Made by a program: the position numbers and the translations under genes | Notes under the pieces: generated by a model | The model's input: the letters and a program-made list of their open reading frames with translations, nothing else | Database searches by the model: none | What the model was told of the DNA's origin: nothing | Part shown: in pieces, positions 27,705 through 40,017 of the stretch | How the letters are laid out: each line of letters begins with the position of its first letter | Position numbering within the stretch: position 1 is the first letter of the stretch | From: Paramecium tetraurelia | Taxonomy: Eukaryota | DNA length: 51,684 nt | Reading direction: 5' to 3' | Assembly: GCA_000165425.1 (NCBI GenBank) | Contig: CT867985.1 | Span: forward strand, 930,001 to 981,684

Positions 27705-29359
27705 TCAGATTTTTTCTTTATTCCAGTCAAAATATTATGTTAAACCTGAAATCAAGTCATTAAATTTATTAAAATTGTCATCTTTATCCTCCTTCAATTT
27801 TTCTATCACATATAGTTTTTTGTTTAGATTTTCTTCTTTCTTTGAGTATAATTTTTCTTCTTTCTCTAAGTAGAGCATTTTTTTTTTGTTCAATTCTAAA
27901 ATCTGGTTTTCAAGTGCTTATTATTCGACCTATAATTTATCAAGAACTTCAAACAGATTATTAAGAAAACAAAATCTTTGGCTATCCTAATACCTTCTAT
28001 TTGGTTAGGAGAATTTTCTCCAAAACAAGATCATTTAGTCGTCATTTTGGGTTTCATTTTCAAGTTGTATATTTTGAAAAAACTAATAATATTTTTATAA
28101 TAAGGTTGGTATTCCTATGTAATTGATATTACTAGTGGTTTATAGGCTAAGATCTGTAGAATCTATACTTTTGTAATACCCGCTGTAATTTTAGCATTAT
28201 TTGTGGACCAAATTCTTATAATGCTAGAATAAAAAAAATAGTAGATCTTCAGGAATTTACTTATATAGATTTTGATTCAAGTTAATGAAGAGTTGTGTTA
28301 AGTATTCAAAATTATTATACATTAGGCGTTAAATACCTCGAGGAATTAAGGATCTGCTAGGGGGGTAATTTCCATACAATCTATAACATTAAGACTCACT
28401 AATTTATTTATAACCCATTCTTTCTTTCGGTTCTTTTTATAATAATCCGAAGAGTAATTACTATACTTCAGTTGAAATTAGATTTTTTTGACGACTTATC
28501 CATTTCAAATGATCATCTTTATTACCAATATTAAATAATTGAATATTCGCCATGAATGAACTATAGCCAAATAAGAGGCAAACTAATACTGTTCCTAAAC
28601 TCCAAGTTTCATTTTTTTCTTAGTCGCATAATTGATTTAGAAAATTCTCTGGACTTTTAAAAGCCTAATTATGAAATGCTTAAATTTTACTGGTGTTCCA
28701 ATTTCTTGAATCAAATTTTTATTTTAATTACCTGGTTGCACACTATATTAAGCAATCCCAAAATCACATAATTTTATTTGATAACCTATTACACACTTTT
28801 TAATGAGAATATTTTTAACATTAATATCTCTATGATACAAAGATTCCTTATTATTTTCAGTTCTTTCATACGTTGATTTCTACAACAATTATAATGTATC
28901 AAATATTTTTATGAAATATCTAATTGCCTACTCTTCCTTAAGTGGTGCATCTCCATTTTCATCCATTATGCAATTCAACAGGTTTCCATCGCATAATTCT
29001 AAATATAAATAGTAATGATTGTCCTTTTATTCACTCCCATACAATTATACTATATTTTTAGATTTAATTTGTTCATAAACTGAAAGCTCGAGTTTTATAG
29101 ATTCCATGTTTAATTAATTTTCACCAAATGATTTCTTTTCTTTTAAAGGTGAAAGTTTAATTCTTTTTATTGCAATTGGAACTTCCCTTGTTTCTTTTGT
29201 ATTATTGATATTTTCTATCTTCATCTTTCCTCTTAAAACTGTTCCATATCCCCCTTATCCCAGAATGACTTCCTAATTGTTAATTTTATCTACTTTGACC
29301 TCTATTATTTTAGCAAACCAACCCTAATAAAATAGGTGTTTCTAATTTTCTATTATCAT
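27705..29359 (-). CDS. Divergent Ser/Thr protein kinase
   Basis: LGQGGYGTV, IAIK, YHRDINVKNIL, KLCDFG, IGTPAFKSPE, NETWSLG; helical C-terminal half. Confidence 0.88.
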
Positions 29360-29397
29360 ATTTTAAATTTTGAGAATTTTATATTATTTTTCAAATT

Positions 29398-31738
29398 ATG
29401 TCTTAAAACCAGAAACCATTTCTAAATGGATCTCCTTATACAAGTTAAAAACAATTGTATTTAGGATAAGGATTTATGTAACCATAAGTAATAAATAAAG
29501 TTATTTAAGCAATTCCAAACAAAAGTAGTTGTCCCATCAATTAACATTCAACTTAAAAATCACGTAACATTGAATGTTGTAAAAAGTGGAAGTCTAACTC
29601 AAAGGGAAGACAAAGTCAAATAAAGTGATTTAACATAACCTTAAAAAAAATAACTACCAATAACCAAGTTTAATAATGCTGTTAATAACAATTATGTGTC
29701 TAGTTATTATTAAAACTACTTATCAAATGCATCAAGGCTTAATTCTAAAACTTAGAACTCTAAAGAATTACAGCAAAAAGAAGAATAAAGGAAAAATACC
29801 TTTGAAGAGAGACATAGTGTTAAGCCATCCAAACCGAAATCAACTGAGCAATAAAACAAAAATCCTAAATTATCAACTGAACCGTCTTAAAATCATAAGA
29901 GTATGTCATCTTAAAATATTATGAATTTGTTGAATAAAATTTAACAACCTAAAGATGATCAAAATAGAGCCAAAAGCCCCATTACTTCATCTGTTGACTT
30001 TAACTTTAAATAATTACTGTAATAATACTAAAAAACCCTTTCAAATGGGTAAACTAGAGCCAAAAGCAATGACTAGGCAAAAGAAGTAAATCAAATTTCT
30101 GGATTTATCACTGAACGACCTTTATCTTCAGGCGCTTATATTATAATACATTTGTATGATTCAAATAATAAGATGACTGAACTAAGATTTGATTGTGCTT
30201 ATGGAACCACTGACAATTTGGTAAATTTTCTTATGACGCAATGCATTGACAGTAATTATTAAGTGTATTATTTCAAGATAAAAACATAATTGGATTTCAA
30301 ACAACTGATTAAAATATAGCTTTAGATCATTATTTAAGTTTAGTTGGAAAAGATTTATAATTTTTAAATAGAAAAACTATAAAATTATAACCGTTGCATT
30401 GCACCTGCGATTCTAATAAGTTAAGTTTAAAATCATTTTAATTTTTACAATGTATTGGAATGGGAGGATTTTCCAGAGTGTATTTAGTTAGATCAAAAAG
30501 TAATGGCAGATTTCTTGCTTTGAAATTAATTTCAAAATAATTCATTATTGAAAATTAAAAATAAACTATTGTTTAAAATGAAAGAGATGTTATGGTGTAA
30601 TTAAATTTAAGTGATTAACATTTATCAAAACAATTCATCTGTTAATTGGAGTGTGCTTTTGAATCTAGAAACTGGGTGTGCTTTGGGATGGAATATTGTC
30701 CAGGAGGAGAATTATTTAATTAATTAAGAAAAGTGAAGAGAATGACAGAAGAATAAGCTAAACTCTATTTTATTGAAGTATGTATTGCTATTGGATTTAT
30801 ACATTGCCAAAATATATTGTATAGAGACTTGAAACCAGAAAACATCCTAATAGATAGTGAAGGACATTTGAAAGTGGCAGATTTTGGTCTAGCAAGACCA
30901 AATATGGCATCTGATGATGAAGCATACTCTTTCTGTGGTTCACCTGAGTACATGGCACCAGAAATGCTATAACAATAAGGACACACTTACGCAGTCGATT
31001 ATTACTGTTTAGGAGCATTGTTTTATGAGCTTATTACAGGATTACCTCCCTATTATTCAAGAGATACAAATTAAATATTTAAAAGCATTTTAAGTGACCC
31101 ACTTTCATTTCCTCCTAATATTGGTAGTCCAGAAGCAAGAGACTTAATCAGACGATTATTGACAAAAAATCCTGAGCAAAGATTAGGTATAAGAGGAGAT
31201 GCTGATGCAATATTATAGCATCCACTATTTGCATCTATAGATTTAAGGGATGTAATAAGAAGAAAAATTGATCCACCTTTCAAGCCTAATTTAACATCCT
31301 TCAATTTTGATCCAAGCGAATTTAAAAAGGGAGAGGTTTCATTTAAGTTAGAATTATAAAAATCTTTATAAAGCGATGATGAAAATAAATTTACACCAAT
31401 GTTTGAAAACTTTTATTTCATAAGTGAAACTTTGAAGTAATTAATAAATTTATAATGCTAGATTGAAAAGACTTAGAATACCAAGCAGACCGACCACATA
31501 ATCATAAGATTTCAATATGAATGATAGAAATTATAATTCAAATAACTCTCAAGGCAGAAGGGGAAATTCTGCAATAGCTGATTAGTTAGAAAAGGGAATC
31601 GCCTATAAATAAAAAATAGAAGAAATGTAAAGGAGAGTTTAAATGTAAAACAGTTTAAATAGTGGATCAATAAGATAATACATGGATCCGTTCAATAGTG
31701 TAGATAAACTTAAAATGAATAAAAAAGCAAAATAATGA
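29398..31738 (+). CDS. AGC-family kinase (Akt/SGK/RSK-like)
   Basis: [58 protein letters not shown] tail [15 protein letters not shown]. Confidence 0.94.
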
Positions 31739-31774
31739 TTATATTAATAAATTTTAGATTCTAATATGATTAAT

Positions 31775-34700
31775 TCAAATTTCTCTATATTATTACATAA
31801 TCTTCTGCTTCATAAAATATTAATATTCATTTTATACATTAATATTCTCAACTTGAGTATATTCAAACTCTAATCTTCCCATATAAATCTAAATCAACAC
31901 TTAAATTATTACTTATGCTAATGTGAGAACATCAGAACTGTAAGGGCAATTATCTAATATCTAGTTGATTAGGTTTGTTGTCTAATCATCAAATGAGTTT
32001 TCATTTTATCTTTAATTTTCTATTACAAGGCAAGGAATAACATAATCATTAATTATTTATTTATATTCTGATATTTTCTTTTACTTAAGGATCTGGATTA
32101 TTGCATTTTTGTAATCATAATTGTTGATATACTTTGTAATCTCTTGCTCATCATTAGCATATTCCTTATAGTTTGGATGTTTATTTATTAAATTTTACAA
32201 CTTAACAATTTCTTCTTTCTAGTATATTGAAGGATGCAATATTGATAAAAACTCTTTTATTATTTCGTAGCTCACTCTATTATCAATTAATTTAGACAGA
32301 AAAGATCTGGCTAAAATTTTTAATTTTTCTATTTTAATTTATATTTTGTTTTTCCGAATAATAATGGCAAAAAGTAAATAAGCTAGAGCATCATTGCTTT
32401 ATTATAAATAATTCAATAACAGATCGGATGATTTTGACTATTTAGTCTTTTTTATTAAGTAATAGTAGAGGGCAGCTTAATCTATAGTCTTCAATGGCTT
32501 TCCTTAAAGTTACATATAAAGACTTTTCCACCATTCTTTTTCATATAGTGGTTTTGGTTGTTCACAGTTTATTCTCCAATTTATGAATTCATCTATCAAT
32601 TCTCCATGTCCAAAATCTAATTTCTTTGTTGATTTGGAGTTTATTGTTAAAAATATTTTTTAAATTGGATTTAAGTCTTTTTGATCTATGATGAATTCTC
32701 TGAAATCATTATTTTACTTTTTTTTTTAATTCTCAAAAATTAAGCTTAAAGCCAAACCTCTATCTTGTTCATGTTGAGTTATAGATTGAAGATCTATTAA
32801 ATTGAATATATTTTTTTTTATAAGCTTAGCATACCCTCCTAGACTGATTGATGTATCTCCAAAAAGAACATTAAATAATTTTAGTTAGAACTTAATGCTT
32901 TTATCTTCAGTAATTTAAAATAATTAAATAAGTTGAGCTGATAGTTTCATTTTTAAAGATTAGTAATGTAATTGGTCAGAGTCAAGAAATTAAATGGGCA
33001 AATAATTTGAATTCTACAATTGATTATTAATGTATTCGATATTTACTGGAACTTTGATGTTATTTTTTACATTAAATTTTATAATTTCTTCATTCTTCTA
33101 GGATATGTTCAAATTTTTTAAAATACTAATTTAATGATTATATTTAATATTAAATTATTTAAGAACTTCCAATTACACTTCACTGAAATCATTATCTGAT
33201 GGTGAAGAAGAAAGTTCTTCATCTACCTATCCAAACCCTGTTTGAATAGCTTAATGCAAACGAGTTTAATCGTCAGAAGAATAGTAATCTGAATTAAATT
33301 AATATCCAGAAAAATGTTGAACTTTGAAGGTATAGGATCTATTCTCACTATCAAACCTGAGAAATTCTATATTCTTTCCTTCAGCTTACTATCTCAAATT
33401 TTATTCAAATTTAGAAGCATCATTTATTTTTAAATTAGCAGGCAAATTAAAGGTAATTTCACATTCTTTATTTAATTTTTTTCCAATATCTGGTTTAAGA
33501 TAATCATTCACAATTTCAGAATCATAGAGATTAATGCATTCTTGAGTTAAATCAACAATTTTATCAAGATCTAAATAAAGTAAATTGCAAGGAGAAAGCC
33601 ATCTAACCTACCCAAATTAATTAGAAATTGTAAAATTTTCAACATTCGAAAGTTCTTCTTCTGTCATTTCATCAAAATTGACATTACATAAATAATCTGG
33701 TTTTGTTAGTTTTGGCTTAATTGTGGAAAAAATAGTTACATTTTATTTAAATTGGATATTAATCTGATTTAATGTCATCTAAACATAAAGCATCATCAAA
33801 AATAACATTTTGCCCAATGATGATTCTCACCATTTAAAAATATTAGTATCGTTATTTTCCGAAAATATTTTGTTAAGATAAAATATTTTCTACGAAAAAC
33901 TTAACATGTTCAATTCTGCTTTTTGACTTGAATGATTATGTGATTATGGGAAAGAATTTTTCACTTTCTAAGAATTTTACTATAATATCATATTTATTTT
34001 CTTCATAGTTTGAAATTTAACTAGTGTTATATTCCACAACATGTGACCTTTGTAAGCTGGAATTCATTCTATGAAAATTAGTTGATGATTTTCCAGCTCT
34101 TGAAATAGAAAATGGAGAAGGGGATTTGCTTTTGTTTGATCTTACTGATAATGATTAATTCAAAATCCTTTCTCTTTATTACCTTATTTATTAATTTTAA
34201 CGTTCATGTTCCTGTATTATCAATTCTTGTTATTCAAAATGTTGTTCTTCATTTTTTTGAAGCTCTTAAAATTATTAATATTTTTATTTTAAGACATCAG
34301 CATAAGTTTAGAGGATATCAGCCGCATCTTTTACCTTTTCAAATTATTAAAGTTAAGGATAAGTAATCTATTACTATCCTTAAGGTTAAATCATAGGTTA
34401 ATAAAATGGATATTATTGATAGTTCATCGGACTAGGATACATAGTTGGTTGACCATACATGGTAGGCTATCCAAATGTATTATTGAATCCATATAAATTA
34501 GGTTAGGAGAAGATATTATTTTACGGATATAAATTATTTTGAGGGAACAACGAAGGTTAATTAAATAAATTAAAACCTTATTGCTGAGGCTACTAAAATA
34601 TATTTGGTTGATTATTCTAAGCGAAAATGTTATTGCTAGGTGTTTATGCAAAAATATTATTTGTTGCATTTGTTGGAGTGGTTGGTTATTTAAAAATATT

Positions 34701-35398
34701 ATTATTGCTTTGATTATTATTATTATTAGTAGAATTGAAAATATTGTTCTAATTATTTGGCTGTTAGAAAATATTCATGCTTTGATTTGATTATTACTAA
34801 AATAGTTAATTAGATTAGTTCATAGGATTATTAAATATATTATCATTTGTTTATTATCCCTGAAAAACATTTTTTGTATTATTTTGATTAAAGATATTGT
34901 TTTAACTAAATGTGTTATTGTTTTAGTAATTATTATTAGAATTATTATTGTTCCATGAATTTCGAAAATTCTAAAATTAAGGAGGCTACAGGGCTAATAT
35001 TTAGTTCATAAATTTACTTTGGGGATTCGCATTAGTTATCAATTTTGAATTGAAAAGACCTTAGCTACAAGCACTTTGAACTATAACTTAATGTGAACGT
35101 TGAATTTGTTAAGACCGGATTAAATAATAATCTTCCAATCGAACCATCATCAAGGACTTAATTGAATTATAAAAAATGTAGTACCATTCCTTTATATTCT
35201 TATTGTACAATAATGGTTGTGGAATATTAAGGACCAAAACTTTAGGAGTCATTTGGAATATAATCCAGTTTAATTTGCTAATATTAAGCTCTGTATGAAC
35301 CTTCCACTCTTGTACTAATAAAATTCAAGAAACACATACTTTTTTTACGGATTCCAATTGGTATTATTGCTTGAACTTTAAAATAAATTGATTGCCAT
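31775..35398 (-). CDS. NUP98: Nup98-Nup96 precursor with NIF(N) repeats instead of GLFG (~1180 aa)
   Basis: GLEBS-like TTIIVQQEYKGMSLMMVRLEDY; about 9 NIFx repeats; autopeptidase domain PKLTKPDY..VENFTI..FGQVRW..LDLDKIV..KPDIGKKLNKECEIT..YTFKVQHFS (HFS at 33316-33308); then a 511-aa helical moiety. Introns 35315-35339, 35157-35184 and 33779-33806 restore the frame. Confidence 0.9.
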
Positions 35399-35564
35399 TT
35401 ATTTATTTAATTAATGAAGATTTAGAAGTGAAAATAAAATATCGTCAAACTTTATTCATGACATAAAAATGAAGAAATTCATTTATCTTAATTTATGTGA
35501 ACTTATTATAAAACAACACATTCGTTTAACTAAATTTATAATTAAATCATTATTATTTACAAAG

Positions 35565-38500
35565 ATGGAGTAATTGAAGTTCAGAATGCTATAACCAATA
35601 CTTTCTTAAAGAAAGAGCACGGACCTATCAAATAAAAGAATAAAACAAGATTCCCTCTAAAGCATAAATATTGTAAATAGTCCAAAGCCCTTTTCAAATA
35701 TATCATATCGTAAAAATCACAAGCACAAGGCTCTTTCACAAGGGGTATATAATATATCAATGTAGACCTTCTATGGATCTCCATTATTAGGTTAAAATTA
35801 ACTAGAAGCAATCGATAAAATGAAATCCTAATAGCGTAATGATTTTTATGGGCAATTAAAGAGTTGTGATCCATATTAATATCCAACTCGATTATAAGAA
35901 TTACAACTATCTCCAAAATCTCCTAGGGAACGTATTAAATAAATTATATTTTCAAAGCCACTGTTGAGGTAATAATCCCTTCCGAGCTTAAAGAACCACC
36001 TATTACTTTAGGGCGTCTAAGTGACAATCTATCAAGACATAATGCAAGAGATAAACTTCATAGGGGTATTCCTTAAAAGTGAGTGTTTTATACTGATTTA
36101 GGCATGATATTAAATAGCTAGCCAGCTGGGTTGATTTGATGGTACTATAAATAATAGATAAATATGGCGACCAAAGGCATATTGAATTTTATGAAGAAGT
36201 CTAAAATGTCCTAACTCTTTGTTTAAAAGAACTTATAAGATAAATAAGCATTGATTGCATTGAAAGAAGGTAATAGACTTCATAAATAAATATTAGTGTG
36301 CTCTTAGAGAAGATATGGGCATAATATGTAGAAATAAATTCATCAGTTATTAAACAAGCTTTGGATGAAAAAAGGGAAATTGAGAAATCAAATCTTAAAT
36401 AAATCATGAAAACACATTAGCTCTATCAAGTTGAGATTGACAATTTTTAGTTGATCATCAAACATTTGAAAGATGATTAATAATAACTAACCGAAAGATT
36501 AATTAAGCTTAAAGATAATGGAAAATATTTAAAAAAGACCAATAAACACTTATAAAACATTACGAGAGAATTAAGATTTTAATTAAATGATGTGACAACA
36601 ACAAATAAGTATTTGTTGAGTGAAGTTGAAAATCTTAAATAATATATAGAAGAAGCGGAAAAGGATATGTAGAATTATTAATAATAATTCAAAAATCACC
36701 TAATTTAACAGAGAATTGAATCTCCAACTTCCCCTAGAAAAAAGCCAATAAACAGAGCTGGAACAGTTTTTCTTTCATCAAGGCCTCAAGAATAATTAAA
36801 AATAATTAGAGCCGGAAAACATAAGACCCTCTTTCATGAACCAAAACCTGAGGAAAAGGTATAAAAAGCATTAAAAAGTGATACTGATTCTTCAATTGCA
36901 TCAGATATAGAAAACATGTTAAAAGATTAAAGCACAGACACAGATGATTTATATTGCCTAATGGAAATTCAAAAGGAATAATCAACTTAAGCATACGCAT
37001 AAGTTCCTTAATTTAATTATAAGTAAGTTATATTATTCAATAAAGAGCCTTATTATTGCCTGACACTCGTCATTAAATCATCTAAACTGATTCGAGTCTT
37101 TATAACATAGCCTTTAAAGAAACATAAACAGAATTACAAACTGAAATGGTTGAAGTCATAAAAACTGAGGAAGAATAATTAATGCAAATACAAGAACATC
37201 TGATGAAAGTTTCTGCTAACTATTAATCAATATAAGGGGAATCCTCAAATGATGAAAGCCCTAGGTCTAGAAGAATTTCTCAATTCTTTTAGAGTTTAGG
37301 AGAGGCATCTAGCAAAATGAAATAAACTGTATAAATGTAAAGGGAAATCAGAACAAGCTTATTATTAGTCAATAGTGCCTAAAAAGATGAAAATAATAGA
37401 AAACAAGACCAAATTATAGCCTTAGTATAGTATAAATAATGATTTTAGAAATCAATAAATGATGGCTTATCTAAAAATGTGGATGAAGCAACACTTGAGA
37501 TCTAAGAGCTAGAGGCTTAGCTAGACCTATAAGAAAAAGTAAAGAATCTCAAAAATATTTAAGATTAATACAAGGCTAGAAAAAAGATATAATAAAGTTA
37601 AAGAAAGAAAGTAATAAATTCTTGAAAAAACTCAAAACTTAGTAAACTCATTTACAAAAACCCAAAAGTTTACAAATATTATGAAAAAAAAAATTTTGGA
37701 AAAAAAAGCAGGATCACCAAATGGAAGAAAAATTTCGAGTCCATCCCAAATCTAAATACAATCTTAAAATGATTTACAATCTCAACAACAATAAAACCAA
37801 AATTAAAATCACCTAAGTTTATAATAAATAAATGTAAAATAATTGGCAAATTTATAAAATTAAAAAAATATAAGTTAAGAATAAGTGTAAAATACTTCAT
37901 TGCCTAATTAACAACTAGAAAGTTCCAAAATTGTGGTTTCTGCTGTTTCAAATCAAATGGTAAGTCAATCCCAAGAAGGAGCATCAATGAAGAAGAAATG
38001 GAATATTCATATTACAAATGCAGATGAGCAAAAACAAATGTCAGATAACGAAAGCGATTTTTCGCAGTCCCAATTATCTGTCTAACGTAGTACTTATTCA
38101 GCATAAGATGTAACAATTAATTAGATTTTAGGATTTCTAAGATTCAATTTCATAAAGAAGTTTAGCCACTAATAAATCCGGCATATCATAAGTAAAGACG
38201 TCAAACAAACCAACATCAAATTACGTAAATACAACAAATTTATGATTAGTAACTAGTTCCAAATAGTAATCACCAAATATCTAAATAATCAAAGGCAAAG
38301 AAAGATAAAAATCTAAATTAAACCTCCCAAAATCACATTCCTCTTGAAAGTATAAGACTAATATAAGACACTTTGAGATAATTCATAAATGAAGAATTGG
38401 ATAATAGTGATACGTCAAGTGTTGATTCTTCTTTTTCTACTAAATTGGAAGATTTAAATAAAAGAAAGCTTGAAGGCTCACAAAGAAGAAAGAATGTAAC

Positions 38501-39851
38501 TCTAGCTTAGGCTCCAAGTATTCTTATGTATTTGTCATATAGAATTTTAGAATCGCAACAATGCTGAATCAACATCTTCATTAAACTTTTAGAAATCATA
38601 AAACTTGGTTTCGTAACTTTCGGATAAATTTTCTCGAAATCCTAAAAGTTCTAATGCTAAAATGTAAAAAATAAATGTTCTAAAGTTCATATCTTAATTT
38701 TACTGTGAGAAAATTAGATAATTTTCAAATAAAAATATGCCATTGCATTAAATTTGTTATGAACATTTTGTAAATACTTATGGATTTAAGAGCATGGCTG
38801 AATAAAAACTTACAAACTTTTATTAATCCGTTTTTGCCTATCGAGAAAATTTTAGAATTAATTTATTTGGAAGGTATTTTATAAATTGTAAATAGATTTG
38901 CTGAACTTTTTAGTCCACTTACATTAGATGATTTAGAAATATATATCTAGTCCTTAAAAACTCTTGATGAAAATGAAATGCCAATCTAGCTGGCTTAAGT
39001 TGTAAATGAAAAAGGTGTTCTCATCTCACTTGATCGGGCTTTGGCATGTCTAGACGCATAGCATTCTTGTCTCCCATTTGAGAGCAAGGATAGAATAATG
39101 AAAGAAATAAAAACCCACACTTATGAAAGAAAAAACAAGATATGTGTTGATTTAGACTTTTTCATTAGTAAAGTTCTCACTGGATATCACTAATTAAAAA
39201 TGATGCATTAAGCTCATTTTGAAGAAGTATTCTACTCTGCAGATATGGATATGGATGGAATGATAGAATTTCAAGAATTTTAAAAATTATTTTTACATTT
39301 CGAGATCAACCAAGGCACAAATTTAAATTAGAAGATAATCAGAAGTTAATTCATGGAAAGATGTGACACAGTTTCGAATGAGAGTGGTGAAAAAGCTATG
39401 TCTTTCGATAGATTTGTAACTTTCTCTTTAGAAAATAATATATTTTCAGAAGAAAAATTTTAGGTAATACTCTAATTTATAATTTAAGAGATTTTCTAGA
39501 AATGTAGATTAAAATGATCCTATTAAGAATCTCAATGATTTAAAAGAGAATTGGTTGAATATTTAAGCATTATTGAATAATAGAATAGATCTCTCCGAAT
39601 CTGGAGAAGCTTAATACTATTAAAGCATTATCCAAAAGTTAGATTTAGTACTATTTCATGTTATTTGATAGGCTTTAAACAACAAAGAACTTAAGGAAAG
39701 CTATTGGATTTCTTATAGGATATTAGATGCTGACACAAAAGCTGTTTATTTATCGAAAGTTGTGGCTGGTTATTTGCCTTCCGAATTTTTATGTATTTAA
39801 GAATTAATGAATGAAATTTTTGATGAAAATATATAATACATTAGCGATTGA
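35565..39851 (+). CDS. Large protein with axonemal dynein light chain (p28/AXDND1-like) domain and C-terminal EF-hand
   Basis: LCLKELIRQISIDCIER..LLEKIW resembles the p28 motif CFDELIRQVTINCAERGLLL; coiled coils; FYSADMDMDGMIEFQEF is a canonical EF-hand; many introns. Confidence 0.78.
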
Positions 39852-40017
39852 GCTTAATTTTGTTATTGTTCTGAATTATTCTTAATACAGTCATCTCATG
39901 ATGTTTACTAACCACAATATTCTTCACCAGACTTTAGTATGGACTAATTAAATAAAAACGAATAAATATATTTGAATAAATCAGGAACTTTATCGTAAAA
40001 TTAAAAATATCCCTAAT

